A stretch of 59,940 nucleotides of DNA, filler included, from Squatina squatina (GCA_031763465.1; 3 parts of 2 records of this genome joined end to end with filler, not necessarily neighbours in it); one strand, 5' to 3'. Positions 23,524 through 35,983 are shown, counted from the whole stretch's first letter. The notes: a model not told the origin generated them from the letters alone. A program made the numbers and translations.

Positions 23524-23817
23524 CTGTTACAGTTAACTCAACAGGGTCGCTGGCCTGTGAAAGCAACTCGATTCCTGAAACAGTTATTGTGTAATGGCAA
23601 CTGTATGATCCTCCGTCCAGCTCAGAAATGTGATCTATTCGGTGCTGATAATTACTCCAATCTTTTTCTGTGCGGTTCAACGATTCACTATTTCTGTAGA
23701 AGGTAAAGTATTTACTGCGCTGGGACCCAGTAGTGTCACATGTTTGCGTGGCCACCTCTCCTTTTATGTAGACACCTGAACCTTGGTCCAGTAAAATCCT
23801 TGGAGTCGCCAGCTGAT
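23524..23817 (-). CDS. Intact Ig-like (C2-type) domain exon, 294 bp, phase 1/1, of an unnamed IgSF receptor
   Basis: TTTTGTTGCAG|AT...ACA G|GTAAAT; DQLATPRILLDQGSGVYIKGEVATQTCDTTGSQRSKYFTFYRNSESLNRTEKDWSNYQHRIDHISELDGGSYSCHYTITVSGIELLSQASDPVELTVT. Two Cys 46 residues apart, DGGSYSC F-strand motif, SDPVEL G-strand. Confidence 0.88.
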
Positions 23818-24199
23818 CTGCAACAAAAGTTTAAAAATGCATTTCAGAAATAAGGCACTTTGAAAGTATTTTGCACATTATGAATGAGGATGTTAATCGC
23901 TATTACCGCTCTGCTGGAAGGCGATCCTAAAATCATAGATACTTGAAGCTCACAAAGAGGCCATTCAGGCCATCTTTCTTGTGCTGGCTCTTTGAAATGG
24001 CTAATCAAATTGTCCTGACATTTGCTCTTTTCCGAAAGACCATAACATTATTTCCTTTGCAAGACTCTATCCAATTCAATTTTAATATTGTTATTGTATA
24101 CTGTTCCCCCGCCATTTCAAGCATAACATTCCAGGTCATAAAAACCAACTGTGTAAAATAAGCCCTGGTTTTTTGCCATTATTTAAATCCGTGTCATCC

Positions 24200-24730
24200 A
24201 ATCCAAGTGGCAAGTAACATTCAAGCCACACAAGTGCCAGGTGAAAAACACCTCCCAGAAGAGAGAATCTAACCAGCTCCCCATGATATTCAACAGAATT
24301 AGCATCGCTGAATCTCCCACAATCTACATGCTGTGGTTCACCATTGCCCTTAAACCAAACTGTACCAGACAGATACACATTCTGGTTACAAGAGCAGGTT
24401 AGTGACTGAGTATTCTGCAGCGAATTTCTCATCTCATGACATCCCACATCCTTTCCACCATCTACAAAGCACACGTCAGGACTGTGTTGGAATGTAGATC
24501 ACTTCCCTGGATGAGTGCAGCTCCAACAATACTCAACAGGCTTCATATCATCCAGGACAAAGCAGCTCGCCAGATTTGCACCCCAGCCACCACCTTCTGC
24601 ATTCAGTCCCTCCACCACCGGCGCACACTGACTGCAGTGTGTACCTTATATAAGATGCACTGCAGCAACTCACCACAGCTTCTTCGTCACCAGCTCCGAA
24701 TCATGCGACCTCTACCCGGTCGAAGGACAA
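24200..24730 (+). mobile_element. Non-LTR retrotransposon (CR1/Jockey group) RT C-terminal fragment
   Basis: LSTIYKAHVRTVLECRSLPWMSAAPTILNRLHIIQDKAAR...QSLHHRRTLTAVCTLYKMHCSNSPQLL in ORF 24436-24903. Confidence 0.8.
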
Positions 24731-26822
24731 AAATAAGAGTCCTAAAACTAAGAAAAAATCCAAGTCTACCCGTGTTGTCTGAAGCACATATAATGAGCTG
24801 CCAAGATGGCGGGGCACAGCATTTTGCAAAATTGGCTGCTCCCAGGATTGCACGCAAGAAAAGGAAAATTGATGCTGAGTATCACGTATTAAAATGCCCT
24901 TAGGACGCGGGTTGTTCTTTCACCAAACACAACGTATTTAGCCTGATATATCTGGAGAAGCTAGTAATTTTCAAGGAATGCAATATCAAGCAAGATTTTT
25001 CCACAAAGGACGCTATCAAATTTGACAGCATCATGGCTTAGTTGAGAAACGATCGAGTGACCTTGCAGAAGCCAAATGTGATCGGGCAATAATATTTCTT
25101 CAAAGCTGCAAACCCGAATTCTGAGGCAACAACCAAGTTTAGATTTTTGACAGTGGAATCAATAGTCACGAAAGTGAAGCCATTGTCTGATGGGGAGTTT
25201 GTGAAAACTGTTTGGGCATACTTCTATCTGCTGTATGTTGTGACAAAAATCCAACATAGAAAAAAATCAGCCTTTCTCATCAAACATTTATGAGATGCGT
25301 AGATGACCTGGCATCAGCATTCAACATTCTCTGATCAAACGAATGAATGTCTGTGAGATTTTCAGCTTAGTGGTCGATGAATGCACAGATGTGAGTGATA
25401 TAACTCAACTGGCAATCTTTGTATGATGAGTCATCAACACCTTTGAAGCCGTTGAAGAACGGCACAATCTATGTCCAGCGAAAGGGTCAACAATGGACCA
25501 AGACATTTTCGATGAAGTAAAACGTATCTTGGTGAAAGTCAATCTTCCAGAGATTAATCTAATAACTGCTGGAGCCCCTGCTGTGAGAGGCAGAGACATG
25601 GCTTCGCTCATCTAATGCACAGATCAGTGGCTCGTGATGCAGTCAGACATCACTGCATCATTCACCAACAAGAGCTCTGTGCAAAGATCCTGGAGATGAT
25701 ACATGTGATGGAAATCTTTGATCATACAATCAATGTCATGACGTCCAATGGGCTGAATCGCAGGCTTTAACAACCCTTCTAACAGAGGTAACACCACAAC
25801 ATGACGATGGCGTTCACTTCAGCCTTGTTCAGTGGCTCAACGAGGCGACCACAATAGCCAGTTTCAGGTCAGTGGTAGCAGAAAGGAAAACCTTCATGTC
25901 AAGCAAAGGAAACATATAAGCTTCGTAGATGATGATCATTGATTCAAAGATTGGCATTCCCTGTTGACATCACCAAGTATCTTGAAGACTTGACTGTGAA
26001 GCTGCAATGAAAGGGTCACTGTGTAATCAAACTCAATGAGCATGTCCAAAGGATTATTCAGGAGTTAGACATTTTTCAGACACTCTAGATCGTGAAGAAA
26101 GCAGTGAACGCTATCGAGAAGGCAGAGTGAGAGGGTGAAACAAGAAAATTGTACTGCACGAGAGATAATTTCCAAGAATGTTTTTCCGATATCAGTGAAT
26201 ACTGTGATGTTCTGAACCTATTTGCAGATCCATTTGGCACTGATGTCGCTGATGCTCAGGACGTGTTCCAACTGGAAATAATTGAGATTCAAAATGACAG
26301 TGAATTGAAGAGAGCTTTTGCAGAGCATTGGTCTACTGACATTTTACTGTCAATATTCCCCCTGGGAGTCTTATCCTAATCTAACAAGAAATGCCCGCTA
26401 TTCATTGCCCTGTTTGCCAGCACGTATTGCTGGGAACAACTTTTCTCAAGAATGAAACATTTCAAAGGAAAATAAAGATCACACGTGAAAGGCGAACTAC
26501 TAACCGGAATACTCTGCATTGCTACATCAAATATTCTGGCAGACATTAACTATTTGTGCAAGCAAAAAACACTGCCAGATATCTCAATCAAGGAGTGGTC
26601 AATACAGTTGTGAGAAACCAAGCGAATAATTTAGTCATCTGAGCTGAAGCTTGTTCATAAATATGCCCTTGTTGATGTTTTGATAAATAGTGAAAAGATA
26701 AATAATTAAATAATTATTTCATCTCGAATCAAATGCATTATCTTTCTGAAATTTCCTCACTCGCGCTCCATGTGGCAAAAATTATAATGTGGCTCATTAC
26801 AAAAAATGGTTGGACACCAGAG
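24731..26822 (+). mobile_element. Decayed hAT transposon (Charlie/Buster/SPIN; GTF2IRD2/EPM2AIP1-like transposase)
   Basis: Ordered motifs RKKRKIDAEYHV (24853), FSLVVDECTDVSDITQLAIFV* (25361), HCIIHQQELCAK (25651), LFADPF..QLEIIEIQND (26218), LFASTYCWEQLFSRMK (26410); many stops and frameshifts; Charlie-like right end GTGGCTC..AAAAAATGGTTGGACACCAG. Left TIR not found. Confidence 0.88.
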
Positions 26823-28139
26823 AAAAAGACAGACTGTTGAAAAGTGCAGAAACATGGACGGTGCATTTGATTGCGAATCAGTGTGAAACGCTACAACTTG
26901 TGATAATTTAATTGCTACTATTTTAAGAGTGGCATAAGTTCTAAGGGACCTGGAATTCAATATTCACATGTCTCTGAAGTTGGTTGCATATGCTGATAAG
27001 GTGGGTAAGGAAGCGTATTTCATAAAATAGGGATTTTGGTAATAAGAAACAAGGAAGTTATGCAAAACATTTGAAAAGCAATAACTTGGCCTCAGCTGGA
27101 ACATTGAGTAGTGTTCTGGCACAAGATTTTTTAAAGGCTCCCAACGCATTAGAGAAGGTAAAGTGGAGGTTTACCAGGGGGACCATAGCAATGAGTGTTT
27201 TCAGTAATGTGGTGAGATTGGTGGAGCTGGTATTGTTATATTTGTTACAGAGAAGATTAAGGATGGTCCAATAGATGTATTCTAAATTACGAGGTCTATG
27301 ATTGAGCAGCTGGGCATTAACTGTTTCCTCTGACACGTGGGTCTGTAAACAAAGGTAAATTAATCAAATAATTGGCAAAATAACTAACGGGGCAGGGAGC
27401 AGAAAAAGATTCACATCCCTTGGGTGAGACGTTAAACTGATATTCTTTCTTTCCTCGTCGGGGAAAAGTGAATGTGGATTTTTTTCTTTTGGAACTGAAT
27501 CACTTTCTGAGATTACTTGGGTTGAGGAAGCAGGAGGTGCAGTTAGTGAAAACAGCGAGTCCAGAGAGGACTAGCCCTGAAGGAGAGAGAAGAAAAAGTA
27601 AAATTACATTCATAACTAGGGCAGGAGTCGCTGGTTGAAGGAAAAACATTTAAGCAGCAGAGGCAGCTGATCGGAGGAGCATTTGGATGGAAAGATTGCC
27701 TGAGGAGGCAAGTTCGGGGTCGGGGGTGGAGTGTTCGTGAATTTAGATGGAAGACCTAATATGAATCGAGAGGCTTAGGAAACACATTCAGGCTGCAAAC
27801 GCTGAGGGCTGCTGGTTATTGAAATTGCTGCAGAGTTTGCAGCCTTTCAGGACAACGACGCCCTCAATGCAAATGCTGTGTGATGAAAGGAGAAGACATA
27901 ATTGGTAAGATACTCTGATGGGATTGACTTTCGGCAGAAAACTACAAAGTATGGAGAGGACAGAAGAGTGGATCGACGTGAGATGCTGATTGGAAGAAAA
28001 GACAAAAAAGTTGCAAGAGTGAGCTGAAATGTGTAAATTAATGATTAGGACCACAGTGCAAACACAGGCCTCTGCTGGGGCAGGTGGTGGCTTGTAGGAA
28101 GCGTCAGAGAGGTTTAAGCTGTTGCCAATGTGAGCTCAG

Positions 28140-28760
28140 TCAAAGCCAGTAAAGCAATAGCAGTGTTCATGTTCCAAACGAGCCTCCTTCCAAGCCGACC
28201 TCATCTACACCCATCAACATATCCTTTCATCCCTTCCCATCTGATGTGCCTTCCAAACATCCATTGAATGCATATAAGCTGGTCCCCGCAACTAGCGAGT
28301 TCCACATTCTCCCCACGCTCCGATAAATACCTTTCTGCAGGATACACTATCAGCTTCACCAGTGATTATCTTATACTTATTGCCCTTATTTCCGGTCTCC
28401 CCGTAATTGGAAACATCTTATTGACGTCTGCCCTGTCAAATCCTTTCATAATCTCAAAGACATCTATCAAATCCCCCCTCCCATTACACTGCGCTCCCCC
28501 AGACCCCCGATCCCCCGCCACACACAACCCCCACCCCCGGCCTCTTATTTCCATCGAAACAATCCCGGGAATTATCAATATTTCCTGATAGTTAAAGCCT
28601 GTTAGTTCACGTAGCTTTCTTGTAAATATGTGTCTATATCCCTTTTTTAACATGGAGATGGATCTGGTGACAGAACTTCAACTGCGGTCAAAGTAAGTTG
28701 CGATTCAAAATTAACATCAATTCTCTGTTTTTCATTTTGAGGACTTTAGAAACGAATTCC
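28140..28760 (-). mobile_element. Old CR1 3' fragment
   Basis: RGDLIDVFEIMKGFDRADVNKMFPITG in ORF 28366-28653. Confidence 0.75.
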
Positions 28761-29447
28761 CGCATATTATTTGAATTGCTAACCATCATTGCTACTTTTT
28801 TGATTGCTGTACAGGAAGCAACCAGATCCCTTGGTGCCTCGACCATATTAAGTCACTTTGGGTGGTCAAATCGTGTTTTTGGCATTTCCAGTGCTAAACA
28901 CCGAATTTAACGCTGAAATTGGGACGCTTTGAAAATTTTCAATCAAGTCCGCAATTAGCCACTTTACAATTTGAGAGTTCTAATACATGCAAACGTTAAT
29001 CTTAAGGGACCCATATGTAACTGACCTATTGGAAGTGTTCAGGCAAATTCCACGGCTTGCTTCCAAACTGACAGTTCACTGATTTCCAAAGTTTGTTTCC
29101 AACCTGTCAAGCCACTAAATAGCTCAGTTGACTTAAGTGTTTCAAACTTCTTTATTGGCTACTTTCTAGCTTCCAGCATTTAATGCCCCAAATATCGCCT
29201 TGATTGCTCAGTTATCTCAGTTCCCAGTTCAAACAGAAGAGCTCACACTGACCCTGCTGACTTCACGCAGACCCTGTTCACTGCTGAGGTTTGGGCTCAG
29301 CTCACACAGATCTGGCGGGGGCTTACCCACGTACCTACCTGCAAAGCTACCCACCCACCTTTCCACGGTAGGATCTCAGAGTAAGTAACAGAGCAATACA
29401 ATTGAGTGCACTATGACTGCTTTCAATTGCGCTGCGTTATCCAAATT

Positions 29448-29840
29448 AACATAGAAACATGGAAAATAGGTGCAGTATTGGGCCATTCGGTCCTTCGAGC
29501 TGCCCCGCCATTCAAGACGATCATGGCTGATCTTTCAACTCAGTACCCCGAACCTGCTGTCACTCCATACCCACTGATCCACTTAGCCGTAAGGTCCACA
29601 TCTAACTCCCTTTTGAATATAGCTAATGAACTGGCCTCAACAACTTCCTGTGGTGGAGAGTTCCACAGGTTCACCACTCTCTGGGTGAAACCGTTTTTCC
29701 TCATCTCGGTACTAAATGGCTTCCCCCTTATCCTGAAACTGTGACCCCGTGTTCAGGACTTTCCCAACACCGGGAAGATTCTTCCTGCGTCTAGCCTGTC
29801 TAGTCCATTAAGAATTAATCATCTTTCTATAAGATCCCAT
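29448..29840 (-). mobile_element. CR1 LINE 3' end
   Basis: AACATAGAAACATGGAAAATAGG tail plus CR1 3' UTR and ORF2 end (GAGTTCCACAGGTTCACCACTCTCTGGGTGAA). Confidence 0.88.
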
Positions 29841-31039
29841 CAGCTGGAGTTTGCTTTCTGGAATCAGGTTTATCGCTGAAATATCACTTTAGTCACGCAA
29901 GGAACAAAGGGAAAGTGTTTGTTTGTATGTCACCATTTTGAAATTTCAGTTGAGTCATAACCCGATTAAAAACAGTGAACATCTTCTCATAAGTGGAAAT
30001 TATTAGTTGCAAATGAAGCAGTTAATTATTGGTGGGATCTGTGAAATGGGAGTTTCACCTTAACCATCTCTATTGCTCAATGAGAAGACGACAGTTTGGT
30101 TCTTCCGGACCAGCTGCAGTCCGTGCGGGGCAGGAAGACTCACAGTGCTGCTATGTACAGAATTACAGAGTTTTAACTCGGTAATGATGACAGACTTCAA
30201 TATCTAACTCAGGACGATTTGTAATTTGGGATAAAATTTGGGGATCATGGTGTTCTCGTGCACCTGCTACCCTTGAACTTCTTGATGGTGGACGTTGCTG
30301 GTTTGGGAACTGTTTACCAATCCAATCAAGAAGGTGATAGGCAATCCCAAATTATAACTCATTTAATTTATTCACAATAATAGGATTACTTTGAGAATCT
30401 CAGCACGCAGTTTCGCTTTATTGCGAGCAAAATCTGGAATATGACAAGGCCAGCACATCTCGCAGAGCATCGCGAGGGGACGCCATAGTCAGTGGAGTTT
30501 CAACACCGTTTACGGCATTGCCGAATTTTGTACCATTTGCAAACGTATAAGCAATTACTCCATCAAAACCTACGTCCTGATTGTTAACATATATCGATGA
30601 GAGCAGGAGTACCAAAACTAATAAATCAGAACACAAATCTGCACATTCCGTCAGTCCAAAACACAACCGTTCACCACTAAACTGTGCCAACAATTTGCTC
30701 GTCTGCAAGTATTCCACCAATTTTCTTTTGAAAGTTACACTGGAATAGTTTTCAGACAGTTTTCAGGCATCACTTTCTAGAACGTATTAAACCACCTAAT
30801 CTCACATCTGTCTTTTCTGACAATTACATTAACTCTGTTTCCTTTGGTTAAACACCCTGCTGCCTCCTTATAGTGTTTGTCAATATTTACTTTATGGAAA
30901 CTCTTCATGATGTTGAACGGCTTTATTGCATCTCCCGTCAATCTTTCTGTCTGTGATGAGAACCATGCTTAAGAACAATAGAGTTATTATAATCGTCTGG
31001 GAAGGGAAGCTGTTGCAGGTGTTTATCTGGCTATGATTA

Positions 31040-31360
31040 GATCAATCAGAATGAAGCCATTTCGGCCTCTGCCAGCTGGACAATGGTGGAAAGACGTTGC
31101 AGAAGGATAGAGTGGTCAACTCTGTCGATGTCTGCAGGCCTGACAAGGAGGAAGTCGAGAATTAGGCTGCCTTTGTCCCAGTCACAACATGACATCATCA
31201 GTGACTTTGATGGGAGCAGTCTGACCAGTGAGGAAGGAGAGGAAACTGGATTGGAAGCAGTCAAACATGGGCCTGCGAGAAAGATGGCAACGGATTTTGG
31301 AGGCGACATCACATTCAAGATTTGGAGGGACAAGGGTGCTTGGATATGGGGCGGTCGTTT
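31040..31360 (-). mobile_element. L2-clade LINE RT fragment
   Basis: CDWDKGSLILDFLLVRPADIDRVDHSILLQRLS resembles L2 LLVLLDLSAAFDTVDHSILLQRL. Confidence 0.75.
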
Positions 31361-32051
31361 GCAAGGATTGAGGATTCTTGGTGTCTTGGATTCTCGGATT
31401 TATTTCAGGATTTGCACTGTCCCTGGCAGGAAAGAGTCAGCCTCTGTGCTCAGCATAAATGATTACTGACAGGATCTGAGCGCAGAGACCATCTCTGTGT
31501 AGATTAAACACTGACGGCTCTGCCCTTAAATTAATGGAAGGAACAAGCAGGAATCAGTCTGTGCATTTTCCTACATGGTGAAAGGTTGGTAATGTTTTAA
31601 TGATTGTGCTGTCATAAAGAAATTGTTTCAACCAACAATTCAGATTCTACAAAAGTGGAATGGAAGCTTTCAGTGGCAGACAGAAACAGAAATGTGACGG
31701 AAAATGATTGAGCCTGGGATCTACTTCCGAAACCAGATTTTAGCGCAGCGTTTCACTCAAGCTTACAAGTATAATGCATTAACTCTCACTTCTCCGAGTT
31801 AAACGCCATTTGCCACTTTTCCAGCCATTTCACCAACCCATTGATATTATTCTGGAATCCACAGTTTTATAATTCACGATCAACTACCCGGACAATTTTT
31901 GTGCTGTATGCAATTTTCCCAACTGTTTCACACCACCCACAACCCCCCGCAACACCCCAACCCACATTAAAGTCCAAACCATTAATATATACCGCAAACA
32001 GCAAGGCAACCAACACTGAGCCCTGCGAAGCACCAGTGGAAACGGCTTTCC

Positions 32052-32151
32052 NNNNNNNNNNNNNNNNNNNNNNNNNNNNNNNNNNNNNNNNNNNNTTAAT
32101 TAATTAANNNNNNNNNNNNNNNNNNNNNNNNNNNNNNNNNNNNNNNNNNNN
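32052..32151. other. Artificial scaffold/contig linker
   Basis: 44 N + TTAATTAATTAA (32096-32107) + 44 N, identical to the linker at 19122. Confidence 0.95.
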
Positions 32152-32423
32152 CTGCAGTTTTTTATTGTTATGCTGTGGAATAGTCAGTCACAAAGCATAG
32201 TAGGCACCAGGTTTATCACAAGTAATTATCGTGGGTGCTTGTCATTTAATTTATCATACTCGGGGATTAGCTGGCCTTTTCATTTTCAGCCATTTGCAGG
32301 GAGCAGGATGTTGCAGTGAAACTGTCTATCATCTGCCTGTAGCTGACGCTTTCTGGTTCTGGAAATGCTGATACTAATTAACTTGTAATTAATACAGCTT
32401 TGTGCTCAGAAGAAGTCAAAACC

Positions 32424-32476
32424 ATGAAAGGCAAGAAAAGGAGATTTTTTTTTCCCCTCAAGGAGACACAGCCACG
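32424..32476 (+). CDS. Candidate exon A of unidentified plus-strand gene (may extend to acceptor at 32398)
   Basis: AAAACC ATG ... CCA CG|GTATGA; MKGKKRRFFFPLKETQP-R, phase-2 end compatible with exon B. Confidence 0.4.
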
Positions 32477-32970
32477 GTATGAATACACTGAGGCTCTACA
32501 ATGGTAGGATGAATTCCTTGCCTGAGTCTAAGATGGCAGCCACAGTAAAAAGTTAGAACAAGCAATATAAGCTGACAGATGACACTTGTACGTGCTCAGC
32601 AGTCCTATGCTGTTTAACAATAGACCTGAAGTATATAGTGTCCCTCTACCTTCTTCAGTTCTGTTGATCACCGGCTATTACTTTTGTTCTCATTTCTGCT
32701 TTCACCACTCCCTGGTTCGATACCTGATCTATGCTTTAGTGGACATTGGATGAGGCCTCGATCTCTCTCAGCTGCAATCTCTCCTATGATTGGAAAACCC
32801 ATTGGCTGTTTGTGATCGAACTCAGAATGAATTGGTGCCTTCAGGAGACGAGCGGGGTGTAAAGAAAAACGTCCTACAACCTGCAAAGGCACAGCAATGA
32901 AGTAACTTGAGCAAATAGTTTTGTTCAAAAGCATGCCATCTTTATTGAATGTCTTCATCGTGTGTTGCAG

Positions 32971-33133
32971 TAGGCACAGCAAGATGCAAATAGGCGGCCT
33001 CTATCCAATTAGTTACTCTCTCCTCAGAAGCTCTGACCCAAAGTTGAAAATTTTCTTGGAAACAGCTAAGTGGCCAGTCAGGCTGCATCAACCGCCAGCC
33101 TTGGTTGAAGATTGTATTCCTCTTTATCATCAG
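32971..33133 (+). CDS. Candidate exon B of unidentified plus-strand gene
   Basis: TGTGTTGCAG|T AGG...CAT CAG|GTCACC (weak donor; NAGNAG acceptor); RHSKMQIGGLYPISYSLLRSSDPKLKIFLETAKWPVRLHQPPALVEDCIPLYHQ; phase 2/0. Confidence 0.55.
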
Positions 33134-33419
33134 GTCACCTCAATATTACAGACAAAAAGAACAAATGCATTTCTGGAAGTATTAATAAGAACAAACAGAA
33201 GGTGCTGGACGTGCACAGCAGACCCATTTGAAAAGTGAAATGGCAGGTTAACATCCTGGGTGGGGCTGTTCAAAGGGAGTTCTCCAGGAACATTTGCCCA
33301 CTTGTCGCTTTACAGGCTTGATTTGCTGTCTGTTTTTGCTATTCCTTCTTTTTATTTCACTTCAATTGTGATATTTTGCCTGGACGAAACATTGACAGGT
33401 ACAAAAACTAATCAAAAAG

Positions 33420-34020
33420 GTGAATGAAAAGTTGGCCTTTATCTCAAGGGGATTGAAATTCATACTTGAGAAAATGATGCTTCAGTTGTGCAGAACCTTG
33501 GTCAGACCCCATCTGGATACTGCGTGCAGTTTTGGGCACTGAACAACAGGCAAGACGTATTGGCCTTGGAAGTGGTACAGCGTAGATTCAGCAAGATTTA
33601 ATGAGTTAAATTATGAGGACAGGTTGCATAAACTTGGTTTACATTCCTTTGAGCTTTATTGAGGGATGATCTAACTGAGTTAATTAAAATGGGTAAGGAT
33701 TTGATAGGGAATATACAAAGAAACTATTTCTTCTGATAGAAGAATCCAGAGCAGGAGGGCACACTGTTAAAATTAGAGCTAGGCCATTCAGGAGTGAAGT
33801 CAGGAAGTACTTTTTCATAGGGTAGTGGAAATCTGGAACTAACTGCTCCAAAAGGCTATGGATGCTGGGGCAATTGAAATTTTCAAGACTGATATTCATA
33901 GACTTTTGTTATTTAAGGCATACCTTGACAGGTAAATAGAGTTGAGATACAGATCTGCCACGACCTAAGTGAATGGCAGAAGAAGCTCAAGGGGCGAAAT
34001 GGCCTACATCTGTTCCTAGC
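33420..34020 (+). mobile_element. CR1 LINE 3' fragment, decayed
   Basis: MLQLCRTLVRPHLDT...VQFWA region followed by CR1 3' UTR (AAGGGGCGAAATGGCCTAC). Confidence 0.82.
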
Positions 34021-34024
34021 TGTT

Positions 34025-34180
34025 GGCCCAGAAATTGCTGAAATGGCACATCTCGTGGCGACTCGGATCGTGTCTTCAGGATCCTGAAGGGAGAGGGTGA
34101 GCAGCCGGAGGTGGTGGTGCACGTTGGTACCAACGACGTTGGAAGGACGAGAGGTGGGCAGATAATAAAAGCATACAGGG
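34025..34180 (+). mobile_element. CR1 ORF1 SGNH/GDSL esterase fragment
   Basis: ILKGEGEQPEVVVHVGTNDVGR contains the esterase block III motif GTND typical of CR1 ORF1. Confidence 0.8.
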
Positions 34181-35083
34181 NNNNNNNNNNNNNNNNNNNN
34201 NNNNNNNNNNNNNNNNNNNNNNNNNNNNNNNNNNNNNNNNNNNNNNNNNNNNNNNNNNNNNNNNNNNNNNNNNNNNNNNNAGGAGTCACTGGATAAAGAT
34301 CAGTAAGAACCCATGGGAAAATTTTCAGCCCCACAGAATGGAATATGGTGGTACAGGCTCTGGGTTCAATTATTCCATGTGAAAGACAACACTCTTGACA
34401 ATGGGGCAGTCTCTCACGACTGCACAAGTGTCAACCTGGATCATATGTGCAGCTCTTCTGACTTAGAGGCAAGAGGTATACCCCTAAGCCAATGTAACAT
34501 CGAGGGCTATTTGCTGGGGAAGGATCATGGATTGTATAACTAACCTCCTTAACATATTGCTGTAAATTAGAATTTTTTTTTTATAAGCTTCTAACCAGGC
34601 AAATTAACACAGAGTTTAATGGGAAAATTGGGACTTTGTAAAGATTTTCTTACAATTGATGCTCCTCTAAGTAGGTTTTAAAAACTAATCAGAAGATTCT
34701 AACGGTTAAGCTTCAATTTCAATTAATTATACATGTTTATCAGTGATTAAAATCAAATCTTGCACTGAGCAACCTGCATTTAGTGCACTGAGGGTGAAGT
34801 GGTTCGTAAATGGCTTGAATGATGAGCAATTTCTAATCACTGCATACAATATTTACCAGTTTTTGCCTCTTCGAATTTTATCTCATTATTTTGCTTTTAC
34901 TCTCTTGCTCCTTCCAATCCACAGGGTGCTGACCCATTCTGTGGTACAGTACCAAGTGTCGAACGCACTCTGGCATCCTGCACNNNNNNNNNNNNNNNNN
35001 NNNNNNNNNNNNNNNNNNNNNNNNNNNNNNNNNNNNNNNNNNNNNNNNNNNNNNNNNNNNNNNNNNNNNNNNNNNNNNNNNNN

Positions 35084-35312
35084 TGGTGAACCTGTGGAAT
35101 TCTCTACCACAGAAGGCAGAGGAGGCCAAATCATTATATCTATTCAAGAAGGAGATAGATATATTTCTTAATGCTCAAGGGATCAAGGGATATGGGGAGA
35201 AAGTGGGAACAGGGTACTGAATTAGACGCTCAGCCATGATCATATTGAATGGTGGAGCAGGCCCAAAGGGCCGAATGGCCTACTCCTGCTCCTATTTTCT
35301 ATTTATCTATGT
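35084..35312 (+). mobile_element. Young CR1 3' end
   Basis: GGTGAACCTGTGGAATTCTCTACC...GGCCGAATGGCCTACTCCTGCTCCTATTTTCTAT. Confidence 0.88.
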
Positions 35313-35983
35313 AGATCAATGAGCACAGGAGTGATGCGTGAACGGGACTTGGTGCGATACTTGGACAGAGTGCGGACTGTGTGACACATTAAAACAAGCT
35401 GTTTAAAATTTGCAAATAAACCCTAGTTTTGTTACTTCACAAAAGTAATTGCATCACTGCTGTTCTGTCAACAGGAATAACCCTTCATACACAAAACGAG
35501 AGCCAAGAACTAACAGGCACACAGCAATCGCACATGAAACTAAGTTGAAAACATGCTATTAGTAATAAATGCATTAAAAATAGGTTGACATATTTTCTAA
35601 ATAGCAGACAGAAAAATGACAAGCAACCAATGCAATGTACTACTATTAATGTTGCATAGCGGAATTTTAATCTTAAGAATAACGGGAATGCAAAATACTA
35701 ATATAAAAGAGCCTGATTCATTATTTATTCATCATGTGATGTAATCATGCTTCAAACAACTTGTCCTCATGAGATCTGTGTCCGATTTGAAATGCTTATG
35801 CCTTGAAAGCTGTGTATGACTGGAATTTGTCTGGAGGCTATTAGTTGCTGTCAACCTACATTTATGATCCACCTGCTCATTAACTGTTTGACCTTATGTA
35901 AATTGCTTTGATGATTCACAAATGCCGTTGACAATTGCAAAGAGATGAAAGGTGATGACTATTTTCTGTTTCTTTTTGTGCAG

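Noticed and set aside
28980-29447. Expected third Ig exon in the duplicated unit
   Set aside because: A donor-like AG|GTCAGT exists near 29025, but the minus-strand frames leading into it show no Ig F/G-strand pattern.
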